Source of the DNA: Octopus sinensis
Taxonomy: Eukaryota
Length of the DNA: 64,000 bases
NCBI RefSeq assembly: GCF_006345805.1
Contig: NC_043007.1
Location: forward strand, 24,366,001-24,430,000
Direction: 5' to 3'
In this document: positions 12,777 through 26,245 of the stretch, one piece after another
Numbering within the stretch: the first letter of the stretch is position 1
Layout: every line of letters begins with the position of its first letter
Notes under the pieces: generated by a model
Database searches by the model: none
What the model saw: the letters and a program-made list of their open reading frames with translations, nothing else
Told to the model about the DNA's origin: nothing
Made by a program: the position numbers and the translations under genes

Positions 12777-13372
12777 CAATCATCACGACACACACCTTTA
12801 CTCACTCACTCTGTCTCTCTTTCTCACCTTCTTTCTCTCTCACATACACATACACACACACACATCCATTTCATATATCTTCTTTCAATCTCTGCTCTCT
12901 GCAAATAAAATTTTTTACGGATATAAGTGCTTACAAAAATAGGGATTAATGTATAATTTCTTTCTATGTTCATAATTAAATCAATGTTTTAATGATTAAG
13001 GTCCAATCGAATAGCTCTCAGAAGCAGACTATGTACAAATACATCAATCATCACAACACACACCTTCACTCACTCACTCACTCTATCTCTCTTTCTCACC
13101 CTTTTTCTTTCTCACATACACACACGCAAGTACACACACACACATGCACACACAGACACACATACACACAGACACACAGACACACACACACGTCCATTTC
13201 ATATATTTTATTTCAATTTCTGCTCTCTGCAAATAAAATCTTTTACGGATACAACTGCTGACAAAAATAAGGATTAATGTATAATTTCTTTCTATTTTCA
13301 TAATTAAATCAATGTTTTAATGATTATACAGAGGTCCAATAGAAGAGCTCTCAAAAACAGACTATGTATAAA
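12777..13372. repeat. Diverged direct tandem duplication of a ~265-325-bp unique intronic unit
   Basis: 12777-13040 versus 13045-13372. Confidence 0.85.
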
Positions 13373-13647
13373 TTTGTTCTTCACAACTCCTGAAGCTGTT
13401 TTCTAACAAGGGTGGGGTGGGAATCAGGAAGGTTTCATAGAGCTGGAGGCTCCAATCAAAACAGGGAACCCAAAATGATAAGGTTGAGAAACGCTGTTAT
13501 AGATTATGCCTAACCGAAAACAATCACAGCCACATCATCCAAACAGATTGGGTGAAACCAGGCTTAGCTGCTAGTAAATATATATATATATATATAATAT
13601 ATATATATATATATACACATTATATATATATATATATAATATATATA

Positions 13648-13687
<40 letters not shown>

Positions 13688-13689
13688 TA

Positions 13690-13730
<41 letters not shown>

Positions 13731-13798
13731 CATATATATAATATACACATACATATATATACATACATACATATATATACATATACACATACATATAT

Positions 13799-13863
<65 letters not shown>

Positions 13864-14427
13864 CATATATATATATGACACGTAAAAGCACCGTCCGTTC
13901 GTGGCCGGTTGCCAGCTCTGTCTGGCCCCGTGCCGGTGACACGTAAAAAACACCCACTACACTCGCGGAGTGGTTGGCGTTAGGAAGGGCATCCAGCCGT
14001 AGAAACACTGCCAGATCTGACTGGGCCTGACGAAGCCTTCCAGCTTCACAGACCCCAGTTGACCCGTCCAACCCATGCTAGCATGGAAAGCGGACGCTAA
14101 ACGATGATGATGATGATGATGATGATGATATATGGCAGGCTTCTTTCACAAGGCTTTGGTCAGCTTGAGGCTATAGTAGAAGACATTTACCCAAGGTTCC
14201 ACACAGTGGGACTGAACCTGGAACTATGTAGTTAGGAAGCAAGCTTCTTCTTACACACAGATAAGGCCTGGGCCTTGGTTATGCTTCTACAATTCACAAA
14301 ATATAAAAAAAATTTTTCATGCAATGATTTTTTTTAAAATATCAAACGACCAGAAAGACCCACCTGAGTGAAATAGGAATCAGGTAGGTCCACAGGTAAA
14401 AATTAATTGAGTAAACCTGCTCCATAG

Positions 14428-14813
14428 AGAGAGAAGCACTCTGTTGGTTACGACGACGAGGGTTCTGGTTGATCTGAATCAACGGAACAGCCTGCTCGTG
14501 AAGTTAACGTGTAAGTGGCTGAGCACTCCACAGACACGTGTACCCTTAATGTAGTTCTCGGGGATATTCAGCATGACACAGAGAGTGACAAGGCCGGCCC
14601 TTTGAAATACAGGTACAGCAGAAACAGGAAGAAAGAGTGAGAGAAAGTTGTGGTGAAAGAGTACAGCAGGGATCACCACCATCCCCTGCCAGAGCCTCGT
14701 GGAGCTTTAGGTGTTTTCGCTCAATAAACACTCACAATGCCAGGTCTGGGAATCGAAACCGCGATCTTATGACCGCGAGACCGCTGCCCTAACCACTGGG
14801 CCATTGCGCCTCC
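14428..14813 (-). mobile_element. SINE family A (tail 1)
   Basis: Same head, body and tail. 13-bp TSD acctgctccatag at 14415-14427 and 14814-14826. Confidence 0.9.
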
Positions 14814-15228
14814 ACCTGCTCCATAGGGAGTAATGGGATTAAGTAAGTAAAAAGATGAAAGGCAAAGTTGATCTCAGAGGGATTTAAATTAAAGTAGAGC
14901 TCTGGAGCAAGGCATTTAGGCCGATGCTCTACCGATTCTACCAATCTATTGAACAACAACAAGATAGACAACAGTTGTTTGTAATTCAGGAAAAGGCTAG
15001 CAATTTCGATGGAGGGATTGTCTCTAACTTTATTTTATCAACCACGGTGGGAGGGGGGTATGGATTCGAGCATTCTGTGTTCAAACCACACTGGTGTAAT
15101 CTTTACTTTTCATCTTCTCAAGGCACTGAATTAAAAGTACTAGTCAAGTATTGGGATTAATATAATCCACTACCCTTCTCCCGTAAATTTCAAGCATCGT
15201 GCCTATGCCAGAAATAATAATAATAATG

Positions 15229-15270
<42 letters not shown>

Positions 15271-15274
<4 letters not shown>

Positions 15275-15620
15275 CAGTGATTGTAGGAGCACTAGGAATG
15301 ATCAAGAAGGGAACTGAAAATTATATGAGAATGATCCCTGGCTTACCATCCCTGCAAGAAGTGCAAAAGATTGTCTTAACTGGTACATCACACGTATTGA
15401 GAAGAGCATTGTCGATGTGAGAACTGTTGCTGCTCATGTATTTTAATTTAACTTTAAAAAAAAAAAAAAAAAAATGAACGAACTACTGAGTTTGGTTTAA
15501 TGGCCTACCAATATACACTATGAGTTTCTTTGCCCTAGAAGTCGGGAAGACACTCGGCAAGAAATGGAAGAAAATTTGAAAGAGAAAAAAAAAAAGTAAT
15601 ATAATAAAATAATAATAATA
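15271..15620 (+). mobile_element. R4/Dong-like (RLE-endonuclease) LINE 3' end inserted in (TAA)n
   Basis: IPVIVGALGMIKKG...SLQEVQKIVLTGTSHVLRRALSM* is a typical RLE C-terminus. (TAA)n on both sides. Confidence 0.8.
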
Positions 15621-15872
15621 ATTTTTGACACAAGGGCAACTTGGGGGGAGGTGGGGATGAATCGATTACATCGACTCCAGTGTTCAACTGGTACTTATTT
15701 TATCGACCCCGAAAGGATGAAAGGCAAAGTTGATCTCAGTGGAATTTGAACTCAGAATGTAGCGTCGTGCAAAATACCACCAAGCATTTCGTCCAGTGTG
15801 CTAACGATTCTGCCAGCTTGCTGCCTTAATAATAATAATAATGATGATGATAATGATAATAATGATGATGAT

Positions 15873-15919
<47 letters not shown>

Positions 15920-15947
15920 TGATGATAATGCTAATAATGATGATGAT

Positions 15948-15994
<47 letters not shown>

Positions 15995-16324
15995 TAACAA
16001 TAATTTCAAAAAGGTCAAGTTGAAACAGTTTTGTGGTTGTCTGTCAATCTCCTCTATTTTACAGATTATTCAGTGCCAAATGTCAAGATGTCTGTTCTTC
16101 AAATAAGAAACAATAAATCATGTCTCAGAATGAAAAAAAACTGTTGTTAGAGGAGTTAGATCAATAGCTATTACAGAATTATAAAACATAAAGATATATA
16201 TACAAAAGACGTTTGAGAGTTTAGTGTACTATTCCTAGACAAATCTAACAGTTACTTAACTTTGATACAAAGGTACATACAAACATACACACACACACAC
16301 ACACACACACATACATATATCCTC

Positions 16325-16700
16325 ACCATCATTATCATCATCATCATTTTATGTCCATGCTCTATACTGGCATGAGTTGGACGGTTTGACCAGAGCTGGG
16401 AAGCTGAGGGGCTGCACCAGACTCCAGTCTGATTTGGCATGGTTTCTATGGCTAGATGTCCTTCCTAATGCCAACCATTTTTACAGAGTGTGCTGGGTGC
16501 TTTTATGTGACACCATGTGACTGCTTTTTACATGGCACCAGTACAGAACTCGTGGAGGTCCAATCCTCACCATCGGAGGGACCAGTTTTAACACGTCTGC
16601 TGCAGAGTAGAGGTCTTCTTGTGTACAGCAAGGTGCCAGGCATCTTGGTCCTTTGTCATCTCACCTGAAAGGTTCAGCATCCAGAGGTCATTCTTCAGCA
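16325..16700 (-). mobile_element. RTE-clade LINE 3' end (ORF end, 3' UTR and (GAT)n tail)
   Basis: VLKNDLWMLNLSGEMTKDQDAWHLAVHKK, then a UTR shared with about 12 truncated copies in the window. Confidence 0.75.
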
Positions 16701-16961
16701 CCCCCACACACAAACATACACACATTATTATTATTATTATTATATTATTATTATTATTATTAAGGCAGCAAGCTGGCAGAATCGTTAGCGCGCTGGACAA
16801 AATACATACAATGGACTTCTTTTGGTTTTCATTTACCAAATTCACCTACAAGGTTTTGGTTAGTCTGGAGCTATTGTGGAACTGAACCCAAGACCACAGG
16901 ATAGGTAAGTAAACTTCTTACCCACACAGCCACACCTATTTCACATGTATATGTGCATGTG

Positions 16962-16999
<38 letters not shown>

Positions 17000-17856
17000 C
17001 AGATTGGTGACACTGAAGTTCATTTTCAAATCATACGTGTTGGTGTGTGTAGTGAAGAGAGAAACAAGTTGAAGTTCTAGAAGGTTGCAATTCTGAGGAT
17101 AAAAGGTTTTCTTTGGAGTGGGGAAAAAGGTGTTTTGTTGCTCTTGGTTTAAGGGGAAATAGGAGGAGGAGGAAGAGGAGGGGGAGAGACATTAGGGTTG
17201 ATCATGAGAGGAGGAGGAGGAGAGGCAGAAGGGGAGGAGATAGGAATGCATCCGGTGCACTTAAATGCCTCAAAATGAATAAACAATGATACCTATTATT
17301 CATTCTGATTCTATGAAAATAAAAAAAGAAACCAAAAAAACAAACAAAAATAAATAACAAAATCTGAAAAATGAGTTGACAGGAAAAACCAGTTTGTAAA
17401 ATTTTTGACATCATTTCAAAGAACAGTTCTTCTATGTGTGGAATTTCCATTTTCTTGGTTTCTTCAATTTTTATTCTTTTTATTTATTTATTTTTTTTTT
17501 AATTAACAAATAAGCTAAGATTGTGTAAAAAGACTCTTTCAATAATGGTGACATCATTTTGGTGTTAATTCTTCAGAATAGAAGTAAATGGAGTTAGTTA
17601 GGAAGTTAAAAAGCTTTCTGAATTTACCCTCCATTTGTAAAATAACTAATAATATAAAGAAAAGAGACTTCCTTTTTTTTTTTCTTCTATTAATATTTCC
17701 AATAAACAAATTGAAAATACATTTTGCTTTCAGTTAAATAAATTGAAAATCCAAATTTTTGTCAATTATATCAAATTTTTACTTTTCTGTTCTTTAACTT
17801 GTTTCAGGCATTAACCTTGTAGCATTCATATTATTTTGTCAAAGCAATGCTTATTT

Positions 17857-18114
17857 GTGGAGGCATGTGGCTTAGTGGTTAGGGTGTCAGCATCATGATT
17901 GTTAAGATTGTGGTTTCGATTCCTGGACCAGGCGACGCGTTGTATTCTTGAGCAAAACACTTCATTTCACGTTGCTCCAGTCCACTCAGCTGGCAAAAAT
18001 GAGTACCGCTGCAATAGACTGGCGTCCCGTCCAGCTGGGAACCACATACGCCATTGAAACCAAGAAACTGGGCCCATGAGCCTGGTTAGAATTTAAAAGG
18101 GCGCAAAAAAAAAA
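17857..18114 (+). mobile_element. SINE family O
   Basis: Poly(A) tail and TSD aatgcttattt. Confidence 0.87.
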
Positions 18115-18125
18115 AATGCTTATTT

Positions 18126-18975
18126 ATTCACAAAGCATGATCTTCAAATGTTGGGCCTCATGGAGGCAATGACAAGTGACTGAGACCTTTGGTGATATGC
18201 TGTGTTTGAGAAGACCTGCCAAGCCAAGTGAGATGGTAGTCAGGGCTAATGCCAAAGCCAGTTGACTGGCACCTGTGTCAGTGGCATGTGAAAAGCACTG
18301 TTTGAGCATGTGGTTAATGCTGGTGTCATGTCAGTGGCGTGTAAAAAGCACACACTACACTCTTGGTGTTGTTGGTGTTAGGAAGGACATCCAGCTATAG
18401 AAACCATAACTATTTCTTTACTACCCACAAGGGGCTAAACACGGAGGGGACAAACAAGGACAGACAACCAGATTAAGTCGATTACGTCGACCCCAGTGCG
18501 TAACTAGTACTTAATTTATCGACCCCGAAAGGATGAAATGCAAAGTCGACCTCAGTGGAACTTGAACTCTGAAGATAACGGCAGACGAAATACCTATTTC
18601 TTTATTACCCACAAGGGGCCAAACACAGAGTGGACAAACAAGGATAGACAAACAGATTAAGTCGATTACATCGACTCCAGTGCATAACTGGTACTTAGTT
18701 TATTGATCCTGAAAGGATGAAAGGCAAAGTTGACCTCGGCGGAATTTGAACTCAGAACGTAACGGCAGACGAAATACCGCTAAGCATTTTTCCCAGTGCC
18801 CTAACGTTTCTGCCAGCTCGCCGCCTTAATCCATACAGCTGTAGAAACCCTACCAGACCAGACTGGGACCTAGTGTAACTCCTCAGCTCACCAGTTTTCG
18901 GTCAAATCGTCCAACCCATGCCAGTATGGAAAGTAGACATTAAATGGTGATGATGATGATGATGATGATGATTGT
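18126..18975 (+). mobile_element. RTE-clade LINE 3' end, split by SINE C
   Basis: KHDLQMLGLMEAMTSD*DLW*YAVFEKT, then tandem GTGCCGGTGGCACGTAAAAGCACC-like units, GGAAGGGCATCCAGC motif and (GAT)n tail. Confidence 0.78.
18410..18830 (-). mobile_element. SINE family C, dimeric form, nested in an RTE 3' end
   Basis: One head plus two tandem ~185-bp units containing GCCTTTCATCCTTTCGGGGTCGATAA. About 18-bp TSD cat(c/a)cagct(a/g)tagaaacc. Confidence 0.85.
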
Positions 18976-20269
18976 TTCAGATTAATCACACATTATCTTG
19001 TAATTTTGTGAGTTTGTAATAGGTGACTGTTAATTTTAGAATGATAGTGAAAGGCCAGATCTGACCGGCTTGAACATAGAAAAGGTAGAATATTTTGGCC
19101 AGATATGGCCCAACTGAATGCTAAAGCGTTAAACTGCTGCAATCCTAGGGCACTGCCAAGAACTGTTTAAGTTGGACAAATCAACCTCAGTGTTTATTTT
19201 TAAGTCTGGTGCTTTACTCTATTGTTCTCATTTGCTGAACCACTAAGTCACAGGGATGCAAATAAAACAACACCAATTGTCAGGAGGTGAAGGGACACAC
19301 ACACACACACACACACGCAAATGATGGGTTTCCATTCAGTTTCCGTCTACCAAATTCACTCATAAGACACTGGTCAGCCTGGTGTTACAGTAAAAGACAT
19401 TTACCCAAGGTGCTGTGCAGTGAAATTGAAACTGAAACCACACCTTAACCACACAGCCATACCTTCCTGGACCATACAAATGAGAATTCATACCTAAGAC
19501 ATCCAAGAGGATAGTAACTTTATACAGAACTGACTCAGACTCTGATAACATGTCTAAAAAATGGCATCATGGATAGCTGACATAGAATGATGATTATAAG
19601 GATGATGACAACGATGATGATGATAGTGACAGCAATGACGACGACGACGATGGTGATGATGACAACAACGATGATGATGATAGCAACAACAATGATGACG
19701 ATGACAACGACGGCAACGATGATGATAGCGACAGCAATGATGACGACGACGATAGTGATGATGACAACGATGATGATGATAGCGACAACAATGATGATGA
19801 CGACAACGATGATGATGATAGTTGCAACAATGATGACGACTATGGTGATGATGACAACGATGATGAAGATAGCGACAACAATGATGATGATGAAGACGAT
19901 GATGACTACGACGACGATAATGATGATGATGATAGTGACAACAATGATGATGACGACGATGATAAGATACTGTACAATGGGCCCTTCTTTTTTTAAGATG
20001 GCAGAGTGTCATTTGAAATAGATTTAGGTGCTATTTTTAGCAAGTTGTGCAGCCATATGGAACACTTCCTATTTGGCTATGAAGAATAACAACAGTAGAA
20101 GTAATTGTTGTCCCCCCCGGCATTGCTTGCTGATGTGTTTACGTCCCCATAACTTAGCGGCAAAAGAGACCAATAGAATAAGTACTAGACCTGGGGTTGA
20201 TTTGCTTGACTAAAGGTGATGCTCCAGCATGGCCACAGTCAAATGACTGAAACAAGTAAAAGAGTAATT

Positions 20270-20539
20270 GATGGATGTTTGTCCTCATCTTGTTTGTTGT
20301 TAACACAATGCTTCGGCTGATATACCCTCCAGCCTTCATTAAGTAGGGATGGTCATGTTCGTTACTGAGTTGATTCCCCAAATCATCATTAAACACTTAC
20401 ATGTGCATATAACTACATGCACACATGCATAAGTACACACACAACACACACAAACACACGTGCACATAAATGAAGGCTGGAGAGTATATCAGCCGAAATG
20501 TTGTGTTAGCAACTAACAAGATGAGGACAAATATCCATC
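20270..20539. repeat. 71-bp inverted repeat with 128-nt spacer; arms are truncated hammerhead-bearing PLE-LTR-like pieces
   Basis: 20270-20340 versus 20469-20539: 7 mismatches by hand alignment. Confidence 0.85.
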
Positions 20540-20800
20540 GAATGTAAATAACGTAAATAAAGACTAAAATAAATTTGTTTCCCCTAAAATTATAAGCTGA
20601 CCTATTCAAAAAACAAAAAAAAAAAAAAAGAAATAGAAAGGAGTAAAGAAATGGAATGAATAGATATCTATGATTATTATGATATTGGTAATGAGTTCTC
20701 TGGCATCGAATCACAGAAGTGGGAAAGATACAAGCAATTATGTGAATACAAAATTGCCAAACTGTGAATTCTGAAAAAAAAAAAGAAAAAAAATCTAATA

Positions 20801-20996
20801 AGGTGCAGAGTGGCTGTGTGGTAAGAAGCTTGCTTACCAACCACATGGTTCCGGGTTCAGTCCCACTGCATGGCACCTTGGGCAAGTGTCTTCTACTATA
20901 GCCTTGGGCTGACCAAAGCCTTGTGAGTGGATTTGGTAGACAGAAACTGAAAGAAGCCCGTCATATATGTGTGTGTATATAATATACATATATATA

Positions 20997-21027
<31 letters not shown>

Positions 21028-21256
21028 GTGTGTGTGTATATGTTTGTGTGTCTGTGTTTGTCCTCCAAACATCACTCGACAACCAATGCTGGTGTGTTAC
21101 TTAGCGGTTCGGCAAAAGCAACCGATAGAATAAGTACTAGGCTTACAAAGTATAAGTCTTGGGGTCGATTTGCTCAACTAAAGGCGGTGCTCCAGCATGG
21201 CCGCAGTCAAATGACTGAAACAAGTAAAAGAGAGAGAGAGAGAAAAGAGTAAAGAG
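20801..21256 (+). mobile_element. SINE family B
   Basis: Full-length match. Confidence 0.88.
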
Positions 21257-22045
21257 TAATGGGTGCTCTTTTGTGCCACCAGCAAAAGGTGCCATTTGCG
21301 TGACACTGGGGCACATCAGTTATTTTCGAAGATAAATTCTATGTTATTGTATTTGTTCTTGTAGAAGTGTACGCCAATGTGCTGGAAGCAGCAAATTATC
21401 ATTTGGACTAAAAAGTTATCTTAGTTATATGCGGTTCATTAAACATTTGATTCCCCCAAATCATCATCATACACTCACACATAACTACACACACACATGC
21501 ATAAGTACACATACACACACACAAATACACACACACATATATTTTCTCTTATTCATTTATGGTAAATTTTTTCTAAAATCGTTGAGTCATCGTAGACATT
21601 TTTAGAGAGTTACTTCTCTTATATAATAGCGAAAAAAATGCATTAAAATGGAAAAAAATGATGGTAAATTTTTTTTTAAATCGTAGAGTCATCGTAGACG
21701 CGCGCTAATACCCACACGACTATAAGATACCCGGTTTTGGTTAAACTGCACCGCAAAATGTGGGAGTAGTTAGGAATCTAAATCGTAGGAGACAGACACA
21801 CAACTTGACTTTTATATATAAAGATGTTCATCAGAGATTTAATAAACAATGGTAGGAGAAACTTTCAACAATTAAATAAAACTGTTCTTGTTTTAACCTC
21901 AATAAAACATAAAAAGCAATTTATACAAAACCTATCCACATATTTAATTATTTTTAGATCCAGTCTTTCAAAGAATTTTCAATAAAATAATTAAATAATC
22001 TTATTATACAAAAACCGTTAGATTCACTTCAACATTTAAATTTAA

Positions 22046-22096
22046 TTTGTCAAAATATTTTCGTCGCTTTAAAACCACGACCTGTTCACTGACAAA
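22046..22096 (-). ncRNA. Minimal type-I hammerhead, G3-C8 core variant
   Basis: TTTGTCA GTGAACA G GTCGT-GGTTTTAAA-GCGAC GAAA AT-AT T T TGACAAA. 7-bp helix I, 5-bp helix II, palindromic helix III (AATATT). Confidence 0.65.
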
Positions 22097-22934
22097 ATTC
22101 CATGCAGCACGGAATTTGGTGTGTTTCTTAAATGGCTTATTAACACCTTCCATGCTGCAATTGTTTTCGTTCCAGCACACGATCTCAGATCAGGTCACTT
22201 GCTATGCAAGTACATCTCCATAACTTATTATACAAGTCTATATCAAATATATGGAATGTATGTTATGTTGATGCATTTATTAAATTTTGATGGCATATGC
22301 ATACCACTTCATACACATTGTTGCTTTTTATTTCTCTATCCTTTACTAGTTTTGGCTAAGAGCTGCGGCCATGCTGGGGCACCACCATTGACTTTGCTAT
22401 GCTTTCACTATTTGAAACCTCCTCTGGTATGTGGTATTTGCTGAATGAGGGAGTTTGATGTTGCTCTCATTTGCATTTCTTGTTGTGAGGTAGGTTCATC
22501 TGGACCTCTTGACAGGAAAAAATCCAGTTTTGTTATGTATTTCTGTGGTTATATATAAATGTTATAAATATGGATACACACACACATATATATACATACA
22601 CACACATGTGTGAATAACTGTCATTGTGTATGATGTATATATATATATATATATACACATACACACACACACACATATATATATGTGAGTGTATGCGTAT
22701 GTTTGTGTGTCTGTGTTTGTCCCCTTGCCCAACATCGCTTGACAACTGATGCTGGTGTGTTTACGTCCCTGTAACTTAGCGGTTCAGCAAAAGAGACCGA
22801 TAGAATAAGTACAAGGCTTACAACAAAGAATAAGTCCTGGGATCGATTTGCTTGACTAAATGTGGTGCTCCAGCATGGCCACAGTCAAATGACTGAAACA
22901 AGTAAAAGAGTAAAAGAGTAAATATTATTAGGAA

Positions 22935-24475
22935 TTGTATAAAAAAAAAATTGTCAGTGGAAGTCATATGGATTGCAAAGCAGAAGAGTTTGGGGAAGAA
23001 ACCAGTCAAGAAAATTTCCCACCATCTTCTGGATGATCTACCAGTGGGAAAAACCAGAGAATGTTGTGTACTAGTGTGTTTGTGACAAGAAAACAAAGGC
23101 TGATTATGTTTTTATCAACTAGAATGTAGATTAAAGCAGAATGGCCAAAAATTATTGCTGAATTTTATGCTGTGAATATTTACAACACTGATAAGGATTT
23201 TATTTTTGTATAAAAATCAAATGGAAATTGTAGTTGTGATACCCGTGCTGGTGGCACATAAAAACCACCATCTGAACGTGGCTGATGCCAGCGCTGCCAT
23301 GACTGGCTTCCATGCCGGTGGCATGTAAAAAGCACCAACCAATTGTGGCCGTTGCCAGCCTCCCCTGGCACGTAAAAAGCACCTACGACACTCATGGAGT
23401 GGTTGGCATTAGGAAGGATATCCAGCTGTAGAAATACTGCCAGATCAGACTGGAGCCTGGTGCAACCTCCTGGCTTCCCAGACCCCAGCTGAACTGTCCA
23501 ACCCATGCTAGCATGGAAAATGGACATTAAACGATGATGATGATGATGATGATATACATACTTAGCTGCATTTTGTCAGTCTTTACATTCTGAGTTCAAG
23601 CTTGCTGAGGCTGATTTTACATTCCATCCTTTTAAGTACCAGTTAAGCACTGGTGGTGCTTAACTAACCCACTCTCCCTACAGCAACATTTCGGGCATTG
23701 TGCCTATTTTACTCTTTTACTCTCTCTTTTACTTGTTTCAGTCATTTGACTGCGGCCATGCTGGAGCACCGCCTTTAATCGAGCAACTCGACCCCGGGAC
23801 TTATTCTTTTGTAAGCCCAGTACTTATTCTATCGGTCTCTTTTGCCGAACCGCTAAGTAACGGGGACGTAAACACACCAGCATCGGGGGACAAACACAGA
23901 TGCTAGGGGGACAAACACAGGCACACAAACACACACACACGCATATATATATATATATACATATATACGATGGGCTTCTTTCAGTTTCCGTCTACCAAAT
24001 CCACTCACAAGGCTTTGGTCGGCCCGGGGCTATAGTAGAAGACACCTGCCCAAGGTGCCACGCAGTGGGACTGAACCCGAAACCATGTGGTTGGTAAACA
24101 AGCTACTTACCACACAGCCACTCCTGCGCCTATAATAGAAAAGATTATCAAAGAGAAATTTGTATAATAATTTTCACTGAACTCAGAGAAATTGCAATAT
24201 GGAATTCCTTTTGTGATGTAGTACATATGTTAACAATGTCAAGGAATTCTCAGAGAAGCCTTTTCAAAATGCAAGCACAGAAAGATCTGTTAAGAAGGAA
24301 TTAGTGCTTATTATAAATAAAATACTGGATAGAATGGCAGACAATGAACAAAAAGAAGAGCTTAAACACTGGTTAGCTATTGATGACAATACTGAAGTAG
24401 ATGCTATGAGAACTGTGTCAGAAATATGTAGAAATATAAATCTCAGAAGCTTCTTCAACCAGCGCCGATAATGCA
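22935..24475 (+). pseudogene. Decayed pogo/Tigger-like transposase remnants, punctured by later insertions
   Basis: KAEEFG..ENF..SSG*..QWEKPENVVY and IIAEFYAVNIYNTD (22935-23235). ELKHWLAIDDNTEVDAMRTVSEI (24140-24475). Confidence 0.5.
23705..24131 (-). mobile_element. SINE family B (subfamily tail, older-type head)
   Basis: Tail carries the CCCAG/GCTAGGGGG variants. Head carries the common variants. Confidence 0.85.
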
Positions 24476-24782
24476 AAATGGTCCAAATTTGCAGTGTGCA
24501 AAATTGATCAATATGATCATGTGGGGTTCACTAATGAACTATAAATGCTAAATGCAAATGGTATGCAATCAACATCGAGAAAGTGTTTTAAATGAATAAT
24601 TTTCAATAAAGTTCTAATAAATCAAATAAATAGTAATTTCAAGTCAATTATTTTTTTTTGTTTTTTTTCATACTTGCTTTTTTTTTTATGTGTGGTGTAA
24701 ATTTGTTTATAACAATGGTTTTGAAACTAGTTGTAACTGTGGAAAATCCACGAGATATAATGAGTGTGTGTGTGTGTGCGTG

Positions 24783-24822
<40 letters not shown>

Positions 24823-24955
24823 CCTATATATATGTATGTATATACAGGTATGTATGTATGTGTGTATATAAATATATATAGATATATAAATTATATATAT
24901 ATATATGTAAATAAATATATATTGTATATATATAGGTATGTATACATATATATGC

Positions 24956-24990
<35 letters not shown>

Positions 24991-25639
24991 CATGATATAT
25001 ATAATATATATATCATCATCATGATATACAGATATATATACATACACACACATACACATACACACACACACAGAATATGAATAAATGCACGCACCATTAT
25101 ATTAATGTATTGTGGTTCACGTTTTTTATAAATTCAAACATCAGTTAATTTGGAATATTCTTGTTTAAGCATGTTGTATTTTTTTTTTTACTCTATCCTC
25201 TTCATGTAGCCTTTTGTATCCTTTTCTCTCTTTTTGAAAAAAAAACACCAAAAAAAAACAAAAATAGTTTTTGGATTTTTAACAGTTTAAACATCACAGA
25301 TTCAGAATCTGCAAAAATGAAATAAAAATCTGGCTAGAAAATGATTAAGGTTAAGGGATTTTCCAGCTGTTTAATATCAATTTTCTAATATTCATGCATT
25401 ATTATTAAAAGAAAAAAATGTACATAAATATATTTTATTTGCATTTGAAGTAAATAAATATATTCTGTTTGCATTTGTAATTACATTACCATTCTTAATA
25501 AAACCAGGATTTGAAGCTTTCAGAAAGCAAAACAGCACAATGCTGTATAATGCATTGTGTGTTCCTTAATGAATGCACTATGCTTTCATTGCTCTGAATG
25601 CTAATACATCCATTACAGGATTCTTTTTTTCTTTTATTT

Positions 25640-26053
25640 GAACTCAGTCATGTGACTGCAGCCATGCTGGAGCACCGCCTTTAGTCGAGCAAATCAACCC
25701 TAGGACTTATTATTTGTAAGCCAAATACTTATTCTATTGGGCTCTTTTGCCGAACCGCTAAGTTACGGGGACCTAAACACACCAGCATCAGTTGTCAAGC
25801 AATGTTGGGGGAGGGGGGCAAACACAGACACACAAACATATTTACACACACACATATATATACATATATATATATATATAAATATATACGATGGGCTTCT
25901 TTCAGTTTCTGTCTACCAAATCCACTCACAAGGCTTTGGTCGGCCCGAGGCTATAGTAGAAGACACTTGCCCAACATGCCACGCAGTGGGACTGAACCCG
26001 GAACCATGTGGTTGATGAGCAAGCTACTTACCACACAGCCACTCCTACACCTA
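25640..26053 (-). mobile_element. SINE family B
   Basis: Full-length match. Confidence 0.87.
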
Positions 26054-26195
26054 TTACTGAACAAAAAGAAAAATTTAACAATAAATTCTACAGTTCCTGT
26101 ACTTCTGATGTTCAAACTATACAAAATGCAAGGATACCACATCATAGAAACACAGAAAGGATTAAGTGGAGCAGGAGCATACACATGGACAGAAA

Positions 26196-26245
26196 GGGTT
26201 GCTGAAGAGGTCACAGATGTGTGACGAAAGAATTCCAGACAATGG
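26196..26245 (+). ncRNA. Hammerhead-like motif with canonical core and decayed helices I/III
   Basis: CTGAAGA G GTCACA-GATG-TGTGAC GAAA GAATTC C. Perfect 6-bp helix II. Confidence 0.5.

Noticed and set aside
14024-14045. CTGACGA/CTGATGA motifs in RTE UTR copies (also 50584)
   Set aside because: No helix II followed by GAAA, so not hammerheads.
17202-17450. MEIPHIEELFFEMMSKILQT as the missing first CaMKI exon
   Set aside because: No GT donor in the required phase 2, no LGT motif, and only superficial similarity.
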